From: Succinivibrio sp.
GTDB taxonomy: Bacteria; Bacillota; Clostridia; Peptostreptococcales; Anaerovoracaceae
Direction of reading: 5' to 3'
NCBI GenBank assembly: GCA_963632005.1
Contig: CAVGTL010000001.1
Location: forward strand, 1-44,084
DNA: 44,084 bases
Part shown: positions 1 through 9,900 of the stretch, piece by piece
How the letters are laid out: each line of letters starts with the position of its first letter
How positions within the stretch are numbered: the first letter of the stretch is position 1
Program-made: the position numbers and the translations under genes
The notes under the pieces: model-generated
Seen by the model: the letters and a program-made list of their open reading frames with translations, nothing else
Told to the model about the DNA's origin: nothing
Database searches by the model: none

Positions 1-114
1 CATTCTGTGACCGCGGAGCGACCTGCATGCCCGCCCGCCTGTATCGGCGTCCTGTGATTATAAAAAGTATACATTTTGAATACAATATTCATGTTAATGA
101 CAGAATTTTAACGC

Positions 115-143
115 TTGACTTGATATGGGTCAGGTGTTAGCAT
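115..143 (+). promoter_or_regulatory. sigma-70-like promoter for the aminotransferase leader
   Basis: TTGACT at 115-120, a 17-nt spacer, then TAGCAT at 138-143. It sits about 430 nt upstream of the aminotransferase start. Confidence 0.4.
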
Positions 144-149
144 AGTGGC

Positions 150-549
150 AACAACGGAAAACTTGAAGCCATGACGGGAAGGAGTAAGTTGCCTCCCTGC
201 ATCACAGAGAGAAGGCAGCCGCTGAAAAGCCTTCATGCAGCAGTGACCGAAGCAGTCCCCGAGCTCCGACAGCGAAAGTACGATAATGAGAATACGATAA
301 TAAGATCTGATAATAAAATCAGATAACGACCGTACGCCCGGCGCACCCATTAATATCGCATCATTAGCTGAAGGCGTAACGCTCCCACGTTACAGGGACA
401 GCGATTAGAAGATTTGAATTTTTCCTGCTATAGCTTAAAAAATCTATCTTCAGTCGTACAGAGAGCGGGAAGCTTTTCCCGAATTCAGGTGGTAACACGG
501 ATATGGATATTCGCCCTGAGCCTTATATTACAAGGCTCAGGGCTTTTTT
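150..549 (+). promoter_or_regulatory. putative T-box leader RNA with intrinsic terminator
   Basis: AATTCAGGTGGTAACACGG (482-500) resembles the conserved T-box sequence, including UGGU able to pair with a tRNA ACCA end. CAGAGAG elements occur at 205-211 and 459-465. Terminator hairpin GCCCTGAGCCTT / AAGGCTCAGGGC spans 513-543, followed by a T-run at 544-549. TTCAGG in the T-box could alternatively pair with CCTGAG of the terminator 5' arm to form an antiterminator. I could not assign the specifier codon by hand. Confidence 0.45.
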
Positions 550-576
550 ATTAAAATCAGTATGGAGGTTTATGAG

Positions 577-1794
577 ATGAGAAAATTTGAAAAATCAAGC
601 AAGCTGGATAACGTATGCTATGACATAAGAGGTCCTGTTATGGACGAAGCAAACAGAATGATATCAGAAGGCATCGACGTTCTGAAGCTGAACATCGGCA
701 ACCCTGCGCCGTTCGGACTGTACGCGCCTGACGAGATCGTCAAGGACATGATGATGAACCTGCGCGACACTGAGGGCTATTCTGATTCAAAGGGACTTTT
801 CAACGCAAGAAAAGCTATAATGCAGTACTGCCAGCTCAAAAAGATACCTAACGTCGGCATGGATGACATCTACACGGGCAACGGCGTCAGCGAGCTCATA
901 ACCATGTCTATGCAGGGACTTCTTGATTACGGTGACGAAATACTCGTTCCTGCACCTGACTACCCGCTGTGGACTGCTTCCGTAACACTTGCGGGCGGCA
1001 CTGCAGTGCATTACATATGCGATGAGCAGTCTGACTGGATGCCTGATATCGACGATATACGCAAAAAGGTCACTCCTCGCACAAAGGGCATCGTAGTTAT
1101 AAACCCTAACAACCCTACAGGCGCGCTCTACCCTAAGGACGTGCTCGAGCAAATAGTCCAGGTAGCTCGCGAAAACGACCTCATACTTTTCGCTGACGAG
1201 ATATACGACAGACTCGTAATGGACGGAAATGAGCATGTTGCGCTCGCTTCGCTCGCTCCTGACCTCTTCACAGTAAGCTTCAACGGTCTGAGCAAGTCTC
1301 ACAGAGTCGCAGGCTACCGTGTCGGCTGGATGTGCCTCTGCGGCGACAAGTCAAACGTTCAGGGTTATATAGAAGGCCTTAACCTGCTTTCTTCCATGCG
1401 TCTCTGCTCGAACGTTCCTGCTCAGAGCATCATACAGACTGCTCTCGGCGGATACCAGAGCTCAGACGAGCTGCTCGTGCCGGGCGGCCGCATCTACGAG
1501 CAGCGCGAATACATATACAACGCTCTTTGCGACATACCGGGTATCTCTGTAGTAAAGCCTAAAGCTGCGTTCTACATCTTCCCTAAGATGGACGTTAAAA
1601 AGTTCAACATCACGAACGACGAGCAGTTCGCGCTCGATCTTTTAAAAGAAAAGAAGATACTCATAACGTGCGGCACGGGCTTCAACTGGGGCGAGCCGGA
1701 CCATTTCCGCATAGTTTACCTGCCTAATCTCGTACAGCTCGAGGAGGCTATGGGGCGCATGAAGGACTTCTTCAGCTACTATCATCAGAAATAA
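577..1794 (+). CDS. alaA: PLP-dependent alanine/glutamate-pyruvate aminotransferase (AlaA family, class I)
   Basis: Nearly collinear with E. coli AlaA as I recall it: KSSKLDNVCYDIRGP, NIGNPAPFG, NPNNPTGA, the SKSHRVAGYRVGW PLP-lysine motif and PDHFRIV. I moved the start to the ATG at 577 because GGAGG at 565-569 lies 7 nt upstream; the ORF-track ATG at 562 has no RBS. Confidence 0.9.
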   Translation: MRKFEKSSKLDNVCYDIRGPVMDEANRMISEGIDVLKLNIGNPAPFGLYAPDEIVKDMMMNLRDTEGYSDSKGLFNARKAIMQYCQLKKIPNVGMDDIYTGNGVSELITMSMQGLLDYGDEILVPAPDYPLWTASVTLAGGTAVHYICDEQSDWMPDIDDIRKKVTPRTKGIVVINPNNPTGALYPKDVLEQIVQVARENDLILFADEIYDRLVMDGNEHVALASLAPDLFTVSFNGLSKSHRVAGYRVGWMCLCGDKSNVQGYIEGLNLLSSMRLCSNVPAQSIIQTALGGYQSSDELLVPGGRIYEQREYIYNALCDIPGISVVKPKAAFYIFPKMDVKKFNITNDEQFALDLLKEKKILITCGTGFNWGEPDHFRIVYLPNLVQLEEAMGRMKDFFSYYHQK

Positions 1795-1879
1795 ATTCTT
1801 ACATTAATATATGCACGAATGAATACGTACTGATGCCCGGCTGCTCGCGCAGCCCTATAGCGTTCAACTTCATATATGC

Positions 1880-1931
1880 AAAAAACGGCGCATGCTTCAC
1901 TTTTCATGTTGTGGTATGCGCCGCTCTTTTT
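1880..1931. terminator. bidirectional rho-independent terminator between convergent genes
   Basis: Stem CGGCGCAT (1886-1893) pairs with ATGCGCCG (1916-1923). An A-run lies upstream (1880-1885) and a T-run downstream (1926-1931). The loop is long, at 22 nt. Confidence 0.5.
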
Positions 1932-2011
1932 CTGCTCGCGCGGTGACGCGCGCAGATATACTATTGTATTTGTTGATTATCTATTATCTATTGCCGCATT
2001 ACAGAAATTTT

Positions 2012-3541
2012 TTAGAATTTCCTGTCATCGCTGACCCAGTCAGGGAACCAGCGGTAATGCTCCTTTGGATTTGCCTTTTTCAGACCGTCGTAGTTTGCCT
2101 TTGCAAGCTCTATCTCGCCTGTTTTCTTGTTACGGAGAGTCATTATGAGGCCTTCTTTTTCGAGCTCTTCGAGCGGCTTCTGCATGTCAGCGTCGCTGTC
2201 GTCTATGTACCAGCGCAGGTCGTCGATCGTCATGTGGAGGCCAGGATTTGCTCTGTAATCCTCTGCAAGGACCTTCAGGATATTTTCTGCAGTCGGAGCG
2301 AGCTTTTCTGCAACGTCCTCAAATACAGGCACAGGAACGCCTGACTCCTCATCTATGATGCGGCGCTGCATTTCAATATCTTCCTTCATAAGCTTGAGCG
2401 CCGAACGGTACACCGTCATGCGGCACGCTTCTACAGTTCCGCCCGCTACGTGCTCCGTCTTTGCTACTTCGAAAACATTCTGTACCGGATAGAAGCGGTT
2501 CACGCCGTCGCCGCCCATGATCTGAGTCGCCTGCTTTGCTGACTCAAGGCACATTTCAACGCCCATCGCTTTTATCGAGCTGGCTTCTATAGTAATGTCT
2601 TCGCCGCGGTCCCACTGCCATGCAGTGTAGTAAACTGAATTTCTCAGGAAGTTGAGTCGCATTACTATGTCAGCTACCTTGTCCTGATTCTGCGGCATGT
2701 CTGCCGTCTTTTTTCCGAATTGTACGCGGCGCTGTGAATACGGAACGCAGTTGTTGAGCAGGAGGCGCATCCAGCCTACCGTTCCGGCAGCTATGTTTGT
2801 ACGCTCAAAATTCAGGCCTGCCATCATGATCTTCCAGCCTTCGCCTTCTTCTCCTATACGATCCGCCTCAGATACTATTACGTTGTCGAAGTCAAGCGAG
2901 CCGTTCTGTATATTCTGGAAACCGAGTATCTCGTTTATCTTTTCAGTTGAAAATCCCGGAGTGCCGCGCTTTACTATGAACGCCGTTATGTGTCTGCGCT
3001 TTTTTATGTCCGCAGGATCGTCGCTCGTTCTCGCGTATACGAAATAACGCTCGGCAGCGCCCGCGCCTACTATAAAGCGCTTCTTTCCGTTGAGTACATA
3101 ATGATCGCCTTCTCTGCGTGCCGTCACGCTGACTCCTGACGCGTCCGTTCCTGCTGTCATTTCTGTTATGACTACAGCGCCCGTCTCGCCTGATGCGATC
3201 TCCGGCAGGAATCTCTTTTTCTGTTCTTCTGTGCCGTATTCGATTATCTGGCGCAGTCCGCCGTTCATATTTCCCACAACGATCCTGCCTACTCCCGGCA
3301 TGCGCGCGTTGAGCTCATCGGCGAGTATGCACGAGCCTGTCGCTCCGAGGCCGAGTCCGCCGTATTCCTTTGGGATAGCTGCTCCGATATATCCTTTTCT
3401 GCCTATTTCTTCAAAAATATCAGTCGGGAATTCGCGCGTCCAGCGCGTTATTTCATCTCTCGCTGCTATCGTTTTTGCGTACTCGTGTACTTCCTTCTGG
3501 AAGGCTTTTTGTTCTTCTGTCCACCATGGAAATGGTTTCAT
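2012..3541 (-). CDS. acyl-CoA dehydrogenase family protein with a C-terminal extension of about 120 aa
   Basis: ACAD-like motifs are present: ITEMTAGTDASGV, GDHYVLNGKKRFI, FERTNIAAG and IMGGDGV. AAGGAG RBS precedes the ATG at 3541. Confidence 0.8.
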   Translation of the reverse strand: MKPFPWWTEEQKAFQKEVHEYAKTIAARDEITRWTREFPTDIFEEIGRKGYIGAAIPKEYGGLGLGATGSCILADELNARMPGVGRIVVGNMNGGLRQIIEYGTEEQKKRFLPEIASGETGAVVITEMTAGTDASGVSVTARREGDHYVLNGKKRFIVGAGAAERYFVYARTSDDPADIKKRRHITAFIVKRGTPGFSTEKINEILGFQNIQNGSLDFDNVIVSEADRIGEEGEGWKIMMAGLNFERTNIAAGTVGWMRLLLNNCVPYSQRRVQFGKKTADMPQNQDKVADIVMRLNFLRNSVYYTAWQWDRGEDITIEASSIKAMGVEMCLESAKQATQIMGGDGVNRFYPVQNVFEVAKTEHVAGGTVEACRMTVYRSALKLMKEDIEMQRRIIDEESGVPVPVFEDVAEKLAPTAENILKVLAEDYRANPGLHMTIDDLRWYIDDSDADMQKPLEELEKEGLIMTLRNKKTGEIELAKANYDGLKKANPKEHYRWFPDWVSDDRKF

Positions 3542-4007
3542 AACGGATACTCCTTTCGTCTGATGTTTTCTGATCCTGCAATAACCGATCTTCCAATAAA
3601 TTTCATACGATGCCCGAATCCAACATCATGCTGACGTCTCCGTCAGTGTGGATGCGCCGGGCGCATGGATATTTTTTCAGACATCATACGTCATTCATAT
3701 TATAACTTTTTGTATGTGTTACGTCAATTATTGACTTCATTAACTTCTGCTGACTTTTTTAAATCTGCATGTCAGCACATGCGCCCTGCATCCTTATCTG
3801 CTAACTCGTTGCTCGCTTTTTGTCAGCATCTGCTCTCCTTCCTATTCTCTGCTGACTTCTCAACTATATATTGTGTTTTCTGTATACATAAGCTTGTTTT
3901 TTTCTGCTGTAATGTTAAAATCTTTATTGGCGGGTCGGCCGGGTCGACTCACGGTTGGATCATTTATTCAGATATTATTCATTCTAAACTGAAAGGAGAA
4001 ATTTAAA

Positions 4008-4520
4008 ATGTTAAATACAAAAGTAGCAGAACTGCTCAACGATCAGATCAACAAGGAATTTTACTCAGCTTACCTTTATCTTTCATTCTCTAATTACTTT
4101 GCAGAGAATGGTCTTTCAGGCTTTGCGAACTGGTACACTATTCAGGCGCAGGAAGAAAGAGATCACGCAATGCTCTTTATGCAGTACCTTCAGAACAACG
4201 GCAACAAGGTAACTCTCGAAGCTATCGACAAGCCTGACAAGGATCCTCAGTCAAGCATGGACGTTCTCAAGCTCGGCCTGGAGCACGAGGAATACGTTAC
4301 GAGCCTTGTTCACAATTTATACGGCGCTGCTTACGACATCAGAGATTTCAGAACTATGCAGTTCCTTGACTGGTTCGTAAAGGAGCAGGGTGAAGAAGAA
4401 ACAAACGCTCAGGACCTCATCACTAAGATGGAGCTCTACGGAGAAGACCCTCGCAGCCTGTATCTGCTCGATCAGGAAATGGCAGCAAGAGTTTATACTG
4501 CTCCTTCACTCGTTCTGTAG
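4008..4520 (+). CDS. ftnA: non-heme ferritin
   Basis: 170 aa with a ferritin-like four-helix pattern: LNDQINKEFYSAYLYLSFS and QAQEERDHAMLFMQYL, which carry ferroxidase Glu/His residues. AAAGGAGA RBS present. Confidence 0.85.
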   Translation: MLNTKVAELLNDQINKEFYSAYLYLSFSNYFAENGLSGFANWYTIQAQEERDHAMLFMQYLQNNGNKVTLEAIDKPDKDPQSSMDVLKLGLEHEEYVTSLVHNLYGAAYDIRDFRTMQFLDWFVKEQGEEETNAQDLITKMELYGEDPRSLYLLDQEMAARVYTAPSLVL

Positions 4521-4582
4521 GTCAGAAATTTTCTGTGCTATATGTGATGGCCGAAAACAAAATTTTAAAAAAGATATTTTTT

Positions 4583-4610
4583 ATCCGTAACATATGTTAC
4601 GGATTTTTTA
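4583..4610 (+). terminator. rho-independent terminator of the ferritin gene
   Basis: Perfect hairpin ATCCGTAACATATGTTACGGAT followed by a T-run. Confidence 0.8.
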
Positions 4611-4771
4611 TTTAAAATCATATATATTACTCACATAGCACAAATACAGCACAGATTGAATCGGCGCGGTGACGCGCGATGCTGATGCCCGGACATTCAT
4701 TCCGGACATATTTCAGAAAACATTAAATCAAAAAATATTAAATTAAAAAAACATACGGAGGTCAATTAATA

Positions 4772-5581
4772 ATGATCAGAAAAATAGTTCACATCCACGA
4801 AGAAAAATGTAACGGCTGCGGCGCCTGCGCCGATGCGTGCCACGAGGGAGCTATCGCTATGATAGACGGCGTTGCAAGGCTCATAAAGGACGATTACTGC
4901 GACGGTCTCGGTGACTGCCTTCCGGCATGTCCGGCTGACGCTATAGAGATAATAGAACGCGAAGCGGCTGATTACGATGAAGAGGCCGTAGCTGTAAGAA
5001 TGGCTGCTAAAAAGGCTGCTGCAGCAGCTGTAAAGGCGTTCGGCGGCCCTGCGCCTGCTCCGTCATCGTGCGCTGACACAGAAAACGGCAGCGCGGGTGC
5101 TGCGCCTGAAACGCCTCACATGTGTCCGGGCAGCATGTCAAGGATGTTCGACCGCCATGCTGCGACGTCTTCTGAGGCCGCTCCGACTTCAACTGCCACT
5201 GTATCATATGCACCTCAGAGTCAGCTTCAGCAGTGGCCGTGCCAGATACAGCTCGTTCCGATCAAAGCGCCGTATTTCAATAATGCAAAGCTTCTGATCG
5301 CAGCAGACTGCACGGCATTCTCATACGGCAACTTCCACAATGAATTCATGAAGGATCATGTAACGCTCGTAGGATGCCCGAAGCTAGACTTTCTTGACTA
5401 CTCAGAAAAGCTGACTGAGATCATAAAGCAGAACGATATAAAGGAAATAACGCTCGCCCGCATGGAAGTTCCATGCTGCGGCGGTCTGCAGAACGCCCTC
5501 ATCACGGCGCTCAGAAACAGCGGTAAGATGATCCCGTGGCAGGTAAAGATAATTTCATGCGACGGCAGGCTTTTAGACTAA
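4772..5581 (+). CDS. 4Fe-4S dicluster domain protein with an Ala-rich linker and a Cys-containing C-terminal domain
   Basis: CNGCGACADAC and CDGLGDCLPACP are ferredoxin-type Cys clusters. GGAGG RBS present. The C-terminal domain function is unknown to me. Confidence 0.7.
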   Translation: MIRKIVHIHEEKCNGCGACADACHEGAIAMIDGVARLIKDDYCDGLGDCLPACPADAIEIIEREAADYDEEAVAVRMAAKKAAAAAVKAFGGPAPAPSSCADTENGSAGAAPETPHMCPGSMSRMFDRHAATSSEAAPTSTATVSYAPQSQLQQWPCQIQLVPIKAPYFNNAKLLIAADCTAFSYGNFHNEFMKDHVTLVGCPKLDFLDYSEKLTEIIKQNDIKEITLARMEVPCCGGLQNALITALRNSGKMIPWQVKIISCDGRLLD

Positions 5582-5591
5582 ACGACGCCAT

Positions 5592-5635
5592 AAAAAATAC
5601 CCCGAAAGTCCTACAATGCTTTCGGGGTATTTTTA
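5592..5635. terminator. bidirectional terminator (Fe-S gene on plus, jetD on minus)
   Basis: Hairpin ACCCCGAAAG / CTTTCGGGGT spans 5599-5628, flanked by an A-run and a T-run. Confidence 0.8.
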
Positions 5636-5658
5636 TGTATAAACTTTTTAATTAGGCA

Positions 5659-6927
5659 TCATCGATATTCTATCAATTCCTGATATCCGGCTGTCTGATA
5701 TTTCTTTATAAGCTCTGCTGCAGGCTTTAGCCTTTCATCGGTTATCTTTTCAAGTATTTTCAGTCGCTTCTGCGATATTTTCTTACCGGAGCGGCTCTTC
5801 ATAAAATCTTCACTGCTCATATTTCTGAAATTAAATTTTGAACCGTAGAATTGCGCCAGCTTTTGGGCTATGAGCAGCCCTTCAGGATCTAAGTCACCGG
5901 CATAGTAAACTTCTGTATCAGATTTCTTCAGCAGCTCCAGTGCGACCAGGCCGGCCAGACGCGGCTGGCCGTTCATGCACATGTATGCACCTGTCGGTCT
6001 GTCTCTGCACAGCATTGCAAAAACAGACGGATTTTCTACGATAAATATCCTGTTATCAGGACATTCCATTCGTTCCAGCTTTGAAAGCACTGCAAGTGGG
6101 ATCTGTACTATGTCATGTTCGCTGTAAAAGCCTTCAATTCCTGTATGCGGCTCGCCATCCTTCTTGAATCCGCGTACTCCGTACAGCATTGTATAATTGG
6201 AAACATCGTCAAGCATTATTCCTGCTTCCAGATACGAGCGCTGACGTTTATACTGCTGAAATATTTCGGAACTCATTATCTCTATTCCGCGCAGCTCCAT
6301 GTCGTCAGTTACCATCTGATAAAGTAAATTTCCCTCATAGCTTCCCTTATCAAATGCATGTGGGTCGCCTGTCATCTGTGCTGCAAATACTGACAGATAC
6401 TGTAATTCTCCGTTTCTGTACGGCAGAGCGTTTATTATATCTGCACAAAGATAAAGATATTTCTCCCATCGTTCTTTATCCGTCTCTAACGGTCTGAGCA
6501 GCTCTGTTATCTTATCTTCAGCCGCTTCAGCCGGAGTTCCGCGGTAAGTATCTTTCCATTTTTTAACGATCAGTTCTTTTACGCGTTCTGCTTCTTCCTG
6601 TTCTGCCTTTTTTCCAACTATTTTTTCATTAAAATACATTTCAAGCAGACGTTCAGGCGTTACACTTGCAAACCTTCCTGATCCCAGAGCTTTTCGAAAC
6701 TTCTCTGCAGAAACAGATATACTTTCCTGTCCGTGAAAGTTTTTTGCGAAAAAACCTTCAAGTGCCTCTATCTCATCGCTCGAAATATTCTTTAATTTTA
6801 CTGTTCCCGTAAAACAGCCGTATGAGCGGTACTTTTCTTTAAACCCGCTTAACACTTTTTTCCATACGATCGAGCTTTTAAAATATTGAAGACATCTTTT
6901 TTCAATATCATTATCCAAGCTCCGCAC
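5659..6927 (-). CDS. jetD: Wadjet JetD-like Toprim nuclease subunit (DUF2399/TIGR02679-like)
   Basis: Last gene of the four-gene operon, 422 aa. Toprim-like acidic motifs IVENPSV and YAGDLDPEG lie in the C-terminal half. The start is GTG at 6927 or TTG at 6918 (GAGGTG upstream), overlapping the jetC stop at 6911-6913. Confidence 0.8.
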   Translation of the reverse strand: MRSLDNDIEKRCLQYFKSSIVWKKVLSGFKEKYRSYGCFTGTVKLKNISSDEIEALEGFFAKNFHGQESISVSAEKFRKALGSGRFASVTPERLLEMYFNEKIVGKKAEQEEAERVKELIVKKWKDTYRGTPAEAAEDKITELLRPLETDKERWEKYLYLCADIINALPYRNGELQYLSVFAAQMTGDPHAFDKGSYEGNLLYQMVTDDMELRGIEIMSSEIFQQYKRQRSYLEAGIMLDDVSNYTMLYGVRGFKKDGEPHTGIEGFYSEHDIVQIPLAVLSKLERMECPDNRIFIVENPSVFAMLCRDRPTGAYMCMNGQPRLAGLVALELLKKSDTEVYYAGDLDPEGLLIAQKLAQFYGSKFNFRNMSSEDFMKSRSGKKISQKRLKILEKITDERLKPAAELIKKYQTAGYQELIEYR

Positions 6928-9900
6928 CTCTCATTTCAACGTCGGTCTCATTGTCCATCAGCTCCCTGCTGTGACCGTTCCATACGTAAGGCATAACAGT
7001 GACAAACTTAGCGTTCTCAGGACGCACCAGCTGGTATATGGCAAGCGCGTCAAGCGTATCGCAGTCGCCCCACAGTACCTGCGAGTTTATGATAAAGTCG
7101 AACTCAAACTCCGACATAAGCCTGAACATATCACGAATATTCCTGTTGTCAACACCGGCAAATGCCTCATCGAGAGATATGAGCCTCGGCGCGTCACCGC
7201 GCCCGCCCTGATACTTTGCAACGACAGCCGAAAACAGCGGAACATACATAGCCATAGCCTTTTCGCCGCCGCTGAACGTGCCAAACACGCTGTTTGTAAG
7301 TTCCTTCTGTTTTTCGCCGTTTTTCTGAGAGAACAGCTGGAATTCGAACCATTTTCTGTAATCAAGAGTTTCCTTCATTATCTGATAAAATGAGACCATT
7401 CCTGAATCGTCTGACGCGCGCCTGCGCGCCTCTTCTATCTTTGACCTGAAATGCAGCGAAAGCCGTTCACTTTCATTTTCACTCATTATATTGTAATCTT
7501 TCTTCAACAGCTCGACCAGCTCCCTCGTATCAAGCTGATCTTCATGCTCTGCAGTCCTGCTCCTCCATCTGAGACTGAGTCTCAGACCGCTTGACGTATT
7601 CATCGCACCCATCAGATCATTCATCTTTTTTACCCATGCCGTAGATGAATTTATTTTGCCTCTTATTTTCCTGCTTACATTATTTGCAAGTATTTCTTCA
7701 AACAGATTACGGTCATTCTTCTTTATGAGGCTCTTGATGTTTTCTATTTCCTCTTCAAGATGCGTCATCAGGTTTTTAAATGATATTTTAACGCCATCGT
7801 ATCTTCCTGAAAGATCAAATCTTTTTGGCGAATGCATCGGATCGTCATTTTCATCATCCAGATCGGAGAACAGCTCGCCCTGCGTAAGGCTGTATTCACT
7901 CATGTCAGCCTTATTTTCAAAATATGCATTGTTAAGTTCCTGCAGAACATCATTTTTCTTCAGCGACTTAACATCATTTGCCAGATAATTTCTGATTTTT
8001 GACGCTTCTCCGTTCAGTTCCTCAGGTACTTCACAATATCCAAGCTCAAGCTCCTTCACATAGAATTTTTCCAGCTTCTCTGAGTTTGCTTTACACGAAT
8101 CGACTTTATCTGAATATTCTTTTATACTTTCTTTAAGTCGTTCTGCCTTGCCTTCTTCTTCAGTCAGCTGCCCTACACATTTTCCATGCAATTCATTGTA
8201 TCCCTTAAGCCACGCTGAACATTCATCAAGACGGTCTTTTATTTCTTTATAATCTGTCATTTCAAGCTGCTTAAGTACAGATTCGTATTCTGCCTTATTA
8301 CGCTGAAGATCTCGCTGAGCTGAGCTGTATTCGTCTCTTATAGTATCAATGTCGCTCTGTATATCGTTTAATCTTGACTTCGATACCCGTATATTGCTCA
8401 CACTGCTGATATAGACCTCATGCTTTGCCTTCAGCTGAGACAGATCATGCGTATAATCCGTTGCAGCCTCTGATGCTTCAGTAAAAGCATCCAGACTGCA
8501 CTGTATGCCAAGTTTTTCAGATGCTTCCACTGCATTCTTTTTTACAGCCTTCAGTTGAGTTGTCATCTTGCTCAGTTCATCTTCCAGACTCTGCCTGAGC
8601 GCCTCCTGCGCTGCACATTCATTTTTTGCATCGCGCAGCATTACTGCACTCGCTTTCATATCAGCATCATTCGGTAAGCTTTCATACTCTGAAAGCAGAA
8701 TTTCTTTACGCTTTTCCAGCTCGGCGTTCTTTTTCTCGAACTCTGCTATCTCCGCTGACAGTTCTTCCAGTCTTTTCCTGCACTCTTCTATCATAGCCTG
8801 ACGCTTTTTTTCACGAGCCTTAGTACCGAGGAAGCCTGCATCATGCTCGCCCGTTACCGTTCCGGTAATGACACCCATACCGAATGAGCCATCAGCAGAA
8901 ACAGACAGTACACCTGACCCGGCGTCACCGCCGCCATCAGCATTATATGATATGCTCCTGAGTATTCCTGTAAGTCTCTGATTTGAAAACAGATCGTTGA
9001 CTTCATCGTTAAGCTCAAGAACATCGAGCAGACTTTTTCCTTCGCACGGCTCACCGGCAAAAAGGTAATTATCCGCGCATCCCGGCGCAGCAGCAAGCGC
9101 TTTTTCTCTGTACTGTTCTTCTATAACTACAGCATCAAGGATACCCATACGCATCAGCGTTTCTTCTATTTTTCCGCACTCGCTTTCATCAAGCGTTTTG
9201 CCGAATTCTATTACTTTATAGAATTCCTGATAAGGTATGCCCAGTTCTGTAAGTCTTTTCCTGTTATTCAGCACAGCTTCACTTCGAGGCGGTTCAGGAT
9301 CCTTCATATCCTGCCATTCAGACAGCTCCTTTTCGACTGAAAGCTTTTCCTCAGTAAGCTTTTCCATTTCTGAACGATTTTTACCTATACTGTTCAACAA
9401 TGCCGATTTTTTCACCTGACGTACATCTGCTGCCCTGTCGCGTACAGTATTAAAATCGGATGACAGGTCATAGTTATCAGCAAATGAAAGCATTTCTCTG
9501 ATATCAGGTCCTTCCATTACAAGTTCTTTATTTGCTGAGTTCCATTTTATGAGCGCTTCCTTCCATTCGTTCTCTGATGCTGTCATCATCAACTCTATAT
9601 CATTTAATTTTTTCTGTCGGGCGTTAAGCTCCCTTATACATTCATCTCTTTTTTGTATCTGCTTGTCTTTAAGCCTTTCAAGGCTCTCTAATTCATCAAG
9701 TATCTTTTTTCCTTTTTCTATTTCTCCTTTTAATTTATTCAACAGCTCCTCATGCTTATCATATTTGTAAGTTTTTTCAAGCTCTGCCATAAGCTCTTTG
9801 CAGAAAAATTCATGTTCGACAAATGACATAATATCCGCATCCAGGTTCATGTTATCAATTATTTTTGTTATTTCATTTTTCTTTTCATACTGCTTATCTT

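Noticed and set aside
108-350. 80-aa minus-strand ORF upstream of the aminotransferase
   Set aside because: It lies inside the putative T-box leader and promoter region on the opposite strand. It has no RBS and no recognisable motif, and is most likely a chance ORF.
1892-2344. 150-aa plus-strand ORF spanning the terminator and the 3' end of the acyl-CoA dehydrogenase gene
   Set aside because: It begins inside the bidirectional terminator hairpin and runs antisense to a strongly supported CDS.
3665-4006. 113-aa ORF immediately upstream of ferritin
   Set aside because: It occupies the divergent promoter region and has no RBS. Its translation is hydrophobic and low-complexity, and it ends 1 nt before the ferritin ATG. 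I treat the region as regulatory DNA.
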